Below are positions 1 through 10,870 of a stretch of 64,000 bases of DNA, in pieces. The position numbers were made by a program, and so were the translations under genes. The stretch is taken from assembly GCA_001179505.1 (NCBI GenBank), contig CDMY01000231.1, positions 62,001 through 126,000 of the forward strand, read 5' to 3'. This DNA comes from Vitrella brassicaformis CCMP3155. Lineage: Eukaryota; Protista; Chromerida. Position 1 is the first letter of the stretch; each line of letters starts with the position of its first letter. The notes beneath the pieces were generated by a model. The model saw only the letters and a program-made list of their open reading frames with translations. It did no database searches and was not told where the DNA came from.

Positions 1-420
1 GCTTCACAGACAGAGGTGCCTCCGTTTTCATTTGTCTGTCTCACTCATCTTCATTCGCCTGCATGTGTGTGGTGAGTCGTGCGGCCCAGTGGGCTGTGTG
101 TGACTTCTGTGTGTGAGTATATTTGCGTGAAGCACGCCCTGGACATACAGACGGGACGGATGAGACGCAATGAAGGACACACATTCACTACACATTAAGT
201 CGATTGGATCATGTTGTGAGTCCCACCAACACCAAGTACATCCACCAAACGAGGTCCATCTGTCAGTCAGCTGGCTAGTGGTCGACCATCGTATCGGCCC
301 CATGAGCCCCTCCCCCACTCACACCAGCTGCAGCTGCAGCACCACCGCCACCGCCAGCAGTGCCATTCAACAGACGATCAGACATGACTGCACACACAGA
401 CAGAAAGAGAGAGACACATG
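1..420 (-). repeat. Third copy of the Seh1 3' end (terminal exon 275-387 plus downstream flank); end of a duplicated block that extends left of the window
   Basis: 1-420 aligns by eye with ~11133-11570 and ~5660-5930, including the terminal exon ...GGGAHGADxMVDH* (stop at 275-277). Similarity stops at ~420. Confidence 0.85.
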
Positions 421-629
421 AATCGTGGTCCCTCTGTCTTTTCCTGTCCGCCCTGCCTCAAGGGATGAACTGTCCTTCCCTTCGTTGTGGCCTACGTGGC
501 TGTTCGCGTCTTTGCTTTTGTGGCTGGCTAATGTATGTGTCCTTCATTCATCCGTTGTGTGAAGCGCTCCGAGTCCTGCTGACAGACCGCATGCAAAGAC
601 GGCGTATGTGCGTGCGTGAGGGTGACTGA

Positions 630-2684
630 CAGTGATGGATGAGACGGCGAGTGGATGTTGACATCCACGGGATCGGTTTGTGAGTCGGTTGCCTGTCTCG
701 CGCGAATGGTTTCAGCAATCTTTGCTGACATATAGTGAGGAACAAGTCTCATAACGTTCGTCCAGAGGATGTGCAGCGTCTACCTGTACACGTACTAGCC
801 ACACAATCCAAGCATCCAGTTAGTCACTTAGTCGGCCCCACTGCCGTACTCTACTGGCACAGCAGCGCCAAACCAGTCTACCTACCTACCGACCTAAGTG
901 ACTGACTGACTATCGACACACACACTGCATGCACACACATGGATGAACACACACATGGATGGATGGATGGATGGGTGGGAATGGGAAAAGACAGGGCCAA
1001 AAGAAATGGGCGACAACAAAACAAACGTCTACAGCCATCGTCATGTCAGCCAGCCAGCCAGCCAGCCAGGCAATCAGGCAATCAGGAAGCACAAAGATCC
1101 CGTGGTACCAAATGAGGATGGTTCTTCTCGCTACACCGCATTGTGCGTGGTGTGGCCCAAAACCAAGCCCCTCTCTGATCCCTTTCCAGACTGTGTGTCT
1201 GTCTGTAAGCCGTCACTCAGATGCAACACGAAAGAGAGATCGACCATGCACACACAGACGGCATCCATTCCATCATACCCTCACATCAATCACATTAGCC
1301 ATTCTCGCGCACATCAATCACACAGCAGCTGCCTGGGGACAAATGGCATAGAAAATGACCAACAACTGCAAATCACGAGAAAAAGAAAGAGTTCAGGCAG
1401 CCAGCCATGCACGTTCGTGTGTATTGTACATCCACCAAGACACGCATTCAAGACCAATTGCCAGCAGCGGAGCCCCATTGTGCGTGTCTTGTTGTACCCA
1501 TCATTCAGTGCACTCACGCTTCCACCTACCCCACCCCACCCCACCCCACACCCGACGCCAAGGTCTCACTCGCCTCCATCCATCCATACACACGGTTCAC
1601 CCAGATTGCGTGGTCGGTTTGAGGGAGCGGTAGAGGAGAGAAACCGACTCCGGCGTGCAGCACCGCAGCCGCCACTTGGCGCCACATCGGGTGTTTATCA
1701 CCTGCACACATCCACAAACAACCACACATCCACAAACAACCACGAAAACAAAAACGTTATAACGCTTTCGTCGTGGCTGCGTGCAGTGGTAGAGGTATGG
1801 CGTCCGTACGATTTCGAGTTTCGGGTTGTGTTCTCTCATTCGGCAGCCGACAATCTGGCTTCGCTTGAGGGTCTCGCGGACTCGCTTGCCGCTTTTCGGG
1901 GACGGAAATGACACCAAGCTTCTAGTTATCTGTAGAAAGACCCCCCACACACACAGACGAAAGCGTTGTACGCAAGAAGCCCGCCACACCATCTCTGAAT
2001 CGCCAGTCAACGTGCGTGTGTGCGTGTATTGCTCGGCGCAGTGCGTACCTGTCTAACCAGGCGTCTGGCGTGCCCGCTGGCGGATTGCTCCTGGAACTCA
2101 TCGCAGAAGAGCGCCTCTACCCCCGACACAACGACCGTCCTCCTCACCCACGTGCAGTGCCACTTGAGCAGCGTCACTTGCACACGGCACTCGCACAGCA
2201 GATGCTCCGACCCGGGGGGGCTGAATTCGTCCCCCTCGGGGAGCGTCACCAGGGGGGACGCGGGCGACTCGGCTGCTCTCGTCGATGCACTGGCGAAGCC
2301 GGAGGACGACGCGGGAGAGAGCTTCGTGTGGTCATCTGCCTGCTGGCTCGAGTGGCGCGCGAGGCGTATGCGGATCTCTTCGGGAGAGGGCTGATCGGTG
2401 CCGGGCTCCTCACGTTGCGACGGGCGGATGAGCATCGTCACCACATCGGCTGCAAGCAAAAGCAGGCGACCGTCGTTGCGGTCTGCGGCAACGAAAAATA
2501 TGCGAAGACGCACGAGAAGCTCCCCTTCCCCGGTAGAAGAGGGAGAGAAGCCGCGAGAGCGCGAGCGATACATAAACGCGCTACAGCGAGGAATTCGACG
2601 CTGGGTCCGACACCATGCGCCTCGCTGACGTATATGCCGGTAGCGCCGTTGACAGCGTCGTCGAGATGAAGACGGAACCTCCAA
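630..2684 (-). CDS. Hypothetical multi-exon protein; model uncertain
   Basis: 225-aa ORF 2007-2684 ends at a donor (CAG|GTACG, 2049). An in-phase acceptor at 1930 opens ITRSLVSFPSPKSGKRVRETLK..., and a further open exon lies near 640-780. No recognisable domain. Confidence 0.35.
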
Positions 2685-2826
2685 GTGTCAGCTTAGGTTG
2701 TGTTTTACGCATCACTTTAGCCCAGAATCCATACTTGCAACGGGGAGCGAAGGGTGAGGAGCGGTATGAGAGAGAGACAGTGTCTTCGTATGCTCTTCTG
2801 TCTCTCTTGTCGCCTGCCCACCGCCT

Positions 2827-2852
2827 CCCCGGCCTGAGGTCATCTCAGATCT
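2827..2852 (+). promoter_or_regulatory. 26-bp upstream element CCCCGGCCTGAGGTCATCTCAGATCT, also present at 7175-7200
   Basis: Exact 26-nt match upstream of two unrelated secreted peptide genes. Contains the inverted repeat CTGAG-N5-CTCAG. Confidence 0.5.
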
Positions 2853-3046
2853 GATTCCATCAAGGATTCTCGCAAACCGTCTCTGTCCGTCCCTTCAATT
2901 TGCTTCATCTGATTCCATCAATTGGATATCTTGTCTTCTCTCTTTTCGTTTGCTCTCTCGACCGGCCTGTGCTCAAACCTTTCAAGCCTGTTCTCTCTCG
3001 CGTCACGAGCCTTTCAGCTGCATCTACCCTCGTGCTGCAGTCCACC

Positions 3047-4681
3047 ATGACTCGACTCTCGGCTGCCGCGGTGTGCCTCATCTTCCTGGTGTCGGCTGCC
3101 CTGGCCGACGATGCTTCGCGCAACGCGCTCCGCTCCATGCGCGGCAAGAACGCTGCTGCCAATGATCAAGGTGCATAGGAATGAGACCAGATGCCTGCAC
3201 ATTACAGCCCATCACATCACTTGTCTGCCTGTCGTCTCTCTCTCCCTTTTTTTGTGCAGCTGCGGATGATCTTGTGTCCGGCCTCAGGTGGACACACAGC
3301 ATCCCTGAGCTGGACAGCATGCCTGAGGAGCCACCCCAGCATCGCGCCCTGTGGCCCAAGATCAGTGCGCCCAAGATCCCCGCGCCCAAGATCAGCCCGC
3401 CCAAGATCAAAAGCCCCGATCTCGGCAATCTGGGTAAGACAGCAGGCAAGGCTGCTGGGGCGTACTACGGAGGCGCTGCTGGAGCCGCTCTTGGCGGGGC
3501 CGTTGGGTCGAAATTCGGCCCTGGGGGGACGGCGGCAGGGTCGGCTATTGGCACGGCTGTTGGCGCGACAGAGGGAGCAAAGCATGGGGGCAAAGCTGGA
3601 GAAAAGGCCGGAGACTGGGTGGAGGACCGGCTCGGCGGCTCTTTCGGGTTCAGACGTCTGAGTGACGACACGGCCGATGCAGAGGTAGGAGGGATGGGAG
3701 AGAGGCACTGGGCTTGCTTCAGCACTTGGTCGCATTGCACCCCATCTCATTATCTCATTGCTGTCTGTCTGTCTGTCTGTGAGTGCAGGACGCCGCGGAT
3801 GATCTTGTGTCCGGCCTCGAGGACAAGCACGCTGAGCAGCATGAGGAGGAGCCACCCCAGCATCGCGCCCTGTGGCCCAAGATCAGTGCGCCCAAGATCC
3901 CCGCGCCCAAGATCAGCCCGCCCAAGATCAAAAGCCCCGATCTCGGCGATCTGGGTAAGACAGCAGGCAAGGCTGCTGGGGCGTACTACGGAGGCGCTGC
4001 TGGAGCCGCTCTTGGCGGGGCCGTTGGGTCGAAATTCGGCCCTGGGGGGACGGCGGCAGGGTCGGCTATTGGCACGGCTGTTGGCGCGACAGAGGGAGCA
4101 AAGCATGGGGGCAAAGCTGGAGAAAAGGCCGGAGACTGGGCGATGGACCGGCTTGGCGGCTCCTTCGGGTACAGACGTCTGAGTGACGACAAGGCCGATG
4201 CAGAGGTAGGAGGGATGGGAGAGAGGCACTGGGCTTGCTTCAGCAGTTGGTGGCATTGCACCCCATCTCATTGCTGTCTGTCTGTCTGTCTGTCTGTCTG
4301 TGAGTGCAGGACGCCGCGGATGATCTTGTGTCCGGCCTCGAGGACAAGCACGCTGAGCAGCATGAGGAGGAGCCACCCCAGCATCGCGCCCTGTGGCCCA
4401 AGATCAGCGCGCCCAAGATCAGCCCGCCCAAGATCAAAAGCCCCGATCTCGGCAATCTGGGTAAGACAGCAGGCAAGGCTGCTGGGGCGTACTACGGAGG
4501 CGCTGCTGGAGCCGCTCTTGGCGGGGCCGTTGGGTCGAAATTCGGCCCTGGGGGGACGGCGGCAGGGTCGGCTATTGGCACGGCTGTTGGCGCGACAGAG
4601 GGCGCAAAGCATGGGGGCCGATTGGGAGAAAACGCCGGAAACTGGGCGGAGGACCGGCTTGGCGGCTCCTTCGGGTACTAG
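3047..4681 (+). CDS. Secreted glycine-zipper peptide polyprotein A (signal peptide + 3 repeats); exons 3047-3170, 3260-3684, 3789-4205, 4310-4681
   Basis: Signal peptide MTRLSAAAVCLIFLVSAALA. GT-AG introns keep the frame (phases 1,0,0). Each of exons 2-4 encodes an acidic spacer, HRAL, (PKIxx)n, a GxxxG zipper and GGSFG(F/Y), followed by RRLSDD in exons 2-3 and by the stop in exon 4. Confidence 0.9.
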
Positions 4682-4861
4682 ACTGGTAGATGAGTGGTAG
4701 ATGCTTGCATGGGGAGGGATGGGCACGCGGTTTCGGCTCATAGGAGATGAGGTAGACTACGGGGGTTCATGATTGTGGCTGCCCATGAATGCTCTGTCTG
4801 TCTTTCCCATTCCCGTGTATGTGTACACCCCATTCATGTATGTGCGTGTATGTACGTGTAG

Positions 4862-5365
4862 ATAGGCAGGTAAGTAGGTAGATCGGTTCGGCGCTGCCGT
4901 GCCAGTAGCGTAGGGTTCACAGATAGAATGGGCAATGGGGTCGGCTGACTGGATGCTATTCATGATGACACGAGGCTGGGGCTTCGTGAATTTCATGATC
5001 ACATGGATATATAAGTGTACACTAGGCAGATCAGCTGATAGGATAGATGTAACATTGTGTATATGCCTGTTGACGTCACCGTTTTCCTTTTCACTGTCTG
5101 TCTTGTCCCATCGTAACGTGTGTGTATGTGCTGCACGGGGCTGGGCTTCGTGAATTGCGTGATTACATGTATTTGCACACTACGCATTCCCGTTGCCCTC
5201 CATGTGTGTGTCCATGTGTCGACAGGTAGGTAGGTGTAGATAGCTGTGCCAGTAGAGTACGGTAAGACAGATACAAGGGGAATGGGCTCGACTGGCTGTC
5301 ATCTTGATGATGCACGAGGCTGGGGCTTCGTGGATTGCATGATTACACGCATGTGTACCCATACA
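4862..5365. repeat. ~170-bp degenerate repeat units in the 3' flank of polyprotein A
   Basis: GTAGGTAGATCGGTTCGGCGCTGCCGTGCCAGTAG...GATGACACGAGGCTGGGGCTTCGTG recurs at ~4862, ~5222, ~10452 and ~10722, with a degenerate inverted copy at ~805-895. Confidence 0.7.
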
Positions 5366-5780
5366 TTCTCGTTCGGTCTGGTGAGCCTACGCGTAGTGCG
5401 CCCTCTGTGTTTCCTGTCGTATGGTTGGTCAGTTGTGGGTCTTCCACATATCCACAGGTGTGGCTGTCTGTCTGTCTCCTGTCTGGCTGTCTCCTGTCTG
5501 GCTGGCTGCCTGTAGTTTTCATGTGTCTGTCGTTAATCACTTTCATACGCGTGTATGTGTGGTGTGTCGTTTGGCCAAGTGGGCTGTGTGTGCCTTGTTT
5601 GTAAGTATGTTTGCATGAAGCACGCCTTGTTGATATGCGAATTATGACGGGATGCATGGATGGAGGGATGAGACGCAATCAAGGACACACATTCACTACA
5701 CATTAAGTCGATTGAATCACAGTTTGAGTCCCCAGCACCAAGTACATCCATCAAACGAGGTCCACCTGTCAGTCAGCTGG

Positions 5781-7007
5781 CTAGTGGTCGACCATCGCAT
5801 CCGCCCCATGAGCCCCTCCCCCACTCACAGCAGTAGCAGCAGCACCACCGCCACCACCACCAGAGCCATTCAACAGACGATCAGACATGACTGCACACAC
5901 AGAGAGAGAGACACACATGAATCATGCGTGCGTGTGTCGTGCCCTTCTCCCTCTCTGGCTGACATGACGGCCTCGGTTCCTTCTTGTCGTCTCCTGGTAT
6001 GAGTGTGGTGATGGGCACCCACTCGGGCGGCTCCTGGTCGCCACACCGCCATGATATCACCTGCAGCGAAGAGTGTATCATGCAGCATTCACCACCAATG
6101 GGGTTTTCCTTTCCGTCCTCCTCCCCCCCTTACTGTTCCGTCATCTGCCGCTGCGGTGAGGACGGTGCCGGTGACGTTGAAGCACACACGCCATATCTGC
6201 ACACATACAGCCCACAGTTGTCACGAAGCATGCACTGAATCACACAACGCAATGGGTGTGATCTTAGGAGGCGGGCTCACCGGTCCCGGCGATATTTCGA
6301 TCTTCTGCAGGATCTGGAGCAGCCACTTGTCGGACGCGCCGGCCACACCCGACTCTGCGCAGACACAGACACTCAGCGAGAGATGCCTGTCTGTCGCGTA
6401 CACAACACACACAAGCTTGTTGCTTCCGTGCATACCAGCCGATGGTGGCAAGATGGCCTCCGCCTGAGCAAGGGGGCGAGCCGTCTGTCGATGGACGTAT
6501 GTCTGCCTGGCTGTGTGCCAGCCCTATTACTGACCGGTGCGTTGGCCGATGTGTCCTGTTGTGGCTGCTGCTTCCACTGCCATATGTGCACCAGGGGCTC
6601 GTCCCCACAGGTGGCCAGCAGATCATACGGCCTGCATAGGTTGGGTGCCCACGCCACATCCTTCAGAGGGGCACTGCTCGCCTGCACACACACACACACA
6701 CCAAGACAGGCCGATCCCATCCCGGCCGCCAGCCAACCTTTTGCTCTGCAAGCCTCGACCAGCCCCGTCCACTCCTGAAATGGACCACAGCAGCCAGCCA
6801 TGCGGTGATCCAATCCATCGCTGTGTGTGCCGCCCGCCATGCCATAGATCGATCTCTCACTCACTTGCCCCAGACGTCGAGTATGCCGTCGTTGCCCACC
6901 ACGGCCAGTATCTGGTCCTCACTGTCGAAGTTCCACGCCAGCGCCGTGCAGCCTCGGGGGCAGTTGCTACGCTTGTGACTTGTGAAACAATCCTCCTGAC
7001 CGATTGA
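5781..7007 (-). pseudogene. 5'-truncated duplicate of Seh1 (last exons only)
   Basis: Near-identical to 11420-12700 (VAWAPNLCRPYDLLATCGDE; IWRVCFNVTGTVLTAAADDGT). Similarity ends at ~7017 inside an intron, so the N-terminal WD40 exons are absent. Confidence 0.85.
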
Positions 7008-7174
7008 TTGAACACACACCTCATCACACTCGAACCCTGGAACCCCGCAAACCCTTGCCTGATTTGAATAAGCCAGGAGAGAACGCTCCCGCGAAGACGG
7101 AAGATCTTTCCACCTCTTTCATCTGTCCCTTCTTTCCCTCCCTCTCTACCTGCCCACAGTTCGCTATCCCCTCC

Positions 7175-7200
7175 CCCCGGCCTGAGGTCATCTCAGATCT
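7175..7200 (+). promoter_or_regulatory. Second copy of the 26-bp upstream element
   Basis: Identical to 2827-2852; ends 17 nt before the ATG at 7218. Confidence 0.5.
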
Positions 7201-7217
7201 CTCATCTCGGTCAGGTC

Positions 7218-7718
7218 ATGAAGATTGTGATGTGCCTTGTTGGTGCCCTTCTGCTGGCTGCTGCTGTCTGCGGTGCCATGACCGATGCAACCGCGCCATC
7301 TGACGCCGCCACCAATGTGATGGTGGGGAACGTTCAACAGGAGTGGAAGGAGCGCCTGCTTCCTTCCCTGTGTGTGTTTGCAGGTGCTTCGCGGATCCGT
7401 GAGCGCCTCCGCGGACGACGTCGATATGGACAATGGTGAGCCCCTCAACGGCTTATTCTCCTCATGTTCTGGGTGCATGTGTGTGCGTCCTGCCTTCCTG
7501 CAGCTCACGACGCTGAGGCTGAGGCGGAGAGGCGTGAGCTCCAGATGTACTGTTCCCCCGGCATGTGTTTCCCCCCGCCCTGCTGCTTGTCATCTCTTCC
7601 ATCTGTCAGTCGCTACTGTCCCGACTCCATGTGCAACCGCCCCCGTCATCCCTGCTGCGTTCGCCAGTGGCCAGGATCGCAGGCGGCATGGTCACAAGCA
7701 CGGCGACGACCATATTAA
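7218..7718 (+). CDS. Secreted cysteine-rich peptide precursor; exons 7218-7322, 7384-7435, 7504-7718
   Basis: Signal MKIVMCLVGALLLAAAVCGA, acidic pro-region (..ADDVDMDNAHDAEAEAE), RRELQ, then YCSPGMCFPPPCC and YCPDSMCNRPRHPCC. Splice phases 0 and 1 keep the frame. Confidence 0.85.
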
Positions 7719-8908
7719 TTAGAGGTGAATGGGGAGGAGAGAGCTGCGTGCAGAGTGCATTGCTCGATGTATCTGGCGAATGCACATGCAGGTGAGTGAG
7801 TGGGCGACTGACTGCACCGCCGACTGCTGATGGATGGATGATTACATGGACAACTTGTAGCCTAGTCCTCTGATCTGACTATCCTGCTACACTACGCTGG
7901 TGGGGGATGTATGCAATCATTCCACGCATGGTTTGCTTTTTTCCGTTGCTCGTGCCATTCATTCGTGTGTCTGTCTGTATCGGTACCACGTAATCATTCA
8001 CATGGTCGGTGCTGGAATGCGCGTGCCAACTCTGATTGGATGTGTACAATCGGTGCACACGGTCGGCGATGGCTGGCTGGTCCCTTGCGGGTTCGTGTGC
8101 TGTGTTGTTCCCACCACAAACAACCCCTCGTTTGTCTGTCTGCCTCAGGGTGTCTCTGTGCCAGGCTTCCTGTTTCATTTTGATGGTTGTATTTGTCCTA
8201 GCTAGTGTATTTGTCGGTCCTAGTACGTCACTTTGCCTGCCTGCCTGGCGCAGTTGTTCTTTCGAAAACATGTGTATAACACGAACAGACGCTGTGTCGT
8301 GTGCTCGGTGCGTAAGGAAAATGAAATGATCGTACATGGCGAAGATTCACGTTTGCATCCATACACATATCATATGCACAGTCTGCATGATGTCTGAAAT
8401 TGGCGCTGTCATACCAGCGGGGTACGTCACACGAGGGGTGCAGAGGTGGAGGTGAATGACTACACCCCTCCAAATCAAGTTTGCAATGGGATTGTGTATA
8501 ACAGCCTGCTCGTGCTCGCGTTTGCACGCGCCGCAGCAGCGGGGCCATCGTTCTTCGGCAGCTCGGGCGTTAGGGCGCCGTTGAACAAACGTCCTGTGAT
8601 GATCGACGAGGAGGCGACGCAAAGCTTGGTTTGATGTGATAGAGAGCAGGGAGAGCGCCTCTTTTCCTTTCTTTAAGTTTTCGAATTGGAATTCAAGAAC
8701 GGACGGGCGAGAGAGAGAGAGAGAGATGTAGTTTTTCGTCTCCTTCTGTCTCGCTCTCTCTCTGTCGCCCCGCCCACCCGCCTCCCTATTCTCCGTCGCT
8801 TCCCTCATCCATCTTTTCCTCTTCTCTCTTGCCGACACTGATCCGCCTTGCCTCGAGCCTCAGACTTGCTATCGACCTGCTCTCTCTCTGAAGCCTTTCA
8901 GCTGCATC

Positions 8909-10281
8909 ATGACTCGCCTCTCGGCTGCCGTGGTGTGCCTCATCTTCCTGGTGTCGGCTGCCCTGGCCGACGATGCTTCGCGCAACGGGCTCCGCTCCAT
9001 GCGCGGCAAGAACGGTGCTGCCAGTGATCAAGGTACATAGGAATGAGACCAGATGCCTGCACATTACAGCCCATCACATCACTTGTCTGCCTGTCGTCTC
9101 TCTCTCCCTTTTTTTGTGCAGCTGCGGATGATCTTGTGTACGGCCTCAGGTGGACACACAGCATCCCCGAGCTGGACAGCATGCCTGAGGAGCCACCCCA
9201 GCATCGCGCCCTGTGGCCCAAGATCAGTGCACCCAAGATCAGCCCGCCCAAGATCAAAAGCCCCGATCTCGGCAATCTGGGTAAGGCAGCAGGCACGGCT
9301 GCTGGGGGGGCTGTTGGGACCAAGTATGGAGGCCCTGTTGGAGGCGCAGCTGGCGCGGCCGCTGGGGGCCGATTGGGAGAAAAGGCCGGAAACTGGGCGG
9401 AGGAGCGGCTTGGCGGCTCCTTTGGGTACAGACGTCTGAGTGACGACACGGCCGATGCAGAGGTAGGAGGGATGGGAGAGAGGCACTGGGCTTGCTTCAG
9501 CAGTTGTTCGCATCGCACCCCATCTCATTGCTTGCTGTCTGTCTGTCTGTCTGTGAGTGCAGGAAGCCGCGGATGATCTTGTGTCCGGCCTCGAGGACAA
9601 GGACGCTGAGGAGCATGAGGAGGAGCCACCCCAGCATCGCGCTCTGTGGCCCAAGATCAGTGCGCCCAAGATCCCCGCGCCCAAGATCCCCAGCCCCGAT
9701 CTCGGCAATCTGGGTAAGGCAGCAGGCACGGCTGCTGGGGGGGCTGTTGGGACCAAGTATGGAGGCCCTGTTGGAGGCGCAGCTGGCGCGGCCGCTGGGG
9801 GCCGATTGGGAGAAAAGGCCGGAAACTGGGCGGAGGAGCGGCTTGGCGGCTCCTTTGGGTACAGACGTCTGAGTGACGACACGGCCGATGCAGAGGTAGG
9901 AGGGATGGGAGAGAGGCACTGGGCTTGCTTCAGCAGTTGTTCGCATCGCACCCCATCTCATTGCTTGCTGTCTGTCTGTCTGTCTGTCTGTGAGTGCAGG
10001 AAGCCGCGGATGATCTTGTGTCCGGCCTCGAGGACAAGGACGCTGAGGAGCATGAGGAGGAGCCACCCCAGCATCGCGCCCTGCAGTTCAGCCTGCCCAA
10101 GATCCCCAGCCCCGATCTCGGCAATCTGGGTAAGGCAGCAGGCACGGCTGCTGGGGGGGCTGTTGGGACCAAGTATGGAGGCCCTGTTGGAGGCGCAGCT
10201 GGCGCGGCCGCTGGGGGCCGATTGGGAGAAAAGGCCGGAAACTGGGCGGAGGAGCGGCTTGGCGGCTCCTTCGGGTACTAG
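8909..10281 (+). CDS. Secreted glycine-zipper peptide polyprotein B (paralog of A, shorter zipper); exons 8909-9032, 9122-9462, 9563-9895, 10000-10281
   Basis: Same signal exon (124 nt) and intron phases as A. Repeats HRAL(W/Q)-(PKIxx)n-DLGNLGKAAGTAAGGAVGTKYGGPVGGAAGAAAGGRLGEKAGNWAEERLGGSFGY-RRLSDD. Confidence 0.9.
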
Positions 10282-10451
10282 ACTGGTAGATGAATTGCGG
10301 ACGCTTCCATGGTGTTGTGGGGCCGGGAGGGAGGAGTGAGAGGCGTCCTCTTGGGTCATGGGCCATGTCATGTATGCCCTGTCTGTCTTTTCCCATTCCC
10401 GTGTATGTATGTACCCCACTTATGTGTGTGCGTGTATGTGCGTGTAGACAG

Positions 10452-10870
10452 ACAGGTAAGCAGGTAGATCGGTTCGGCGCTGCCGTGCCATTAGCGCACG
10501 GTACACAGATGCAATGGGCAATGGGGTCGGCTGACTGGATGCTATCATGATGACACGAGGCTGGGGCTTCGTGAATTTCATGGTTACATGGATATACAAG
10601 TGTACACTGGGCAGATCGCTTCGGCCGTGAACATGCACAGTGGTGTGTCACCCTTTTGCCTCGGGCCGTGTGTCTTTTCGCGCTCTCATGTATGAATGTG
10701 TGTTTGTGTGCACGTGTAGATAGGCAGGCAGGTCGGTACGAAGGGTAGTCGCTGCCGTGCCAGTAGCGTACGGTACACAGATACAATGCACTGGATGGAT
10801 GGTGTGACGATGATGCACGAGGCTGGGGCTTCGTGGATTGCGTGCTCACATACGTGTGTTTGTACACTAC
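10452..10870. repeat. ~170-bp degenerate repeat units in the 3' flank of polyprotein B
   Basis: Same unit as 4862-5365, two copies. Confidence 0.7.

Noticed and set aside
275-800. Possible chimeric splicing of the 630-2684 gene onto the duplicated Seh1 last exon
   Set aside because: The acceptor is intact, but I could not find a convincing phase-1 donor in the upstream exon.
8347-8838. 163-aa minus-strand ORF between the Cys-peptide gene and gene B
   Set aside because: Its start is low-complexity purine-rich sequence overlapping the gene B promoter; no convincing splice partners or domain. Could not be supported.
3260-10281. CRISPR-like or transposon interpretation of the repeats
   Set aside because: Repeat units are 330-520 bp coding exons plus introns with no unique spacers, TIRs or transposase/RT motifs.
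3191-10419. Many long overlapping ORFs on both strands across the polyprotein repeats (e.g. MAPPHAAQRAC..., MPAVLPR...)
   Set aside because: Shadow frames of GC-rich repeated coding sequence; they run through intron microsatellites and lack signal or domain logic.
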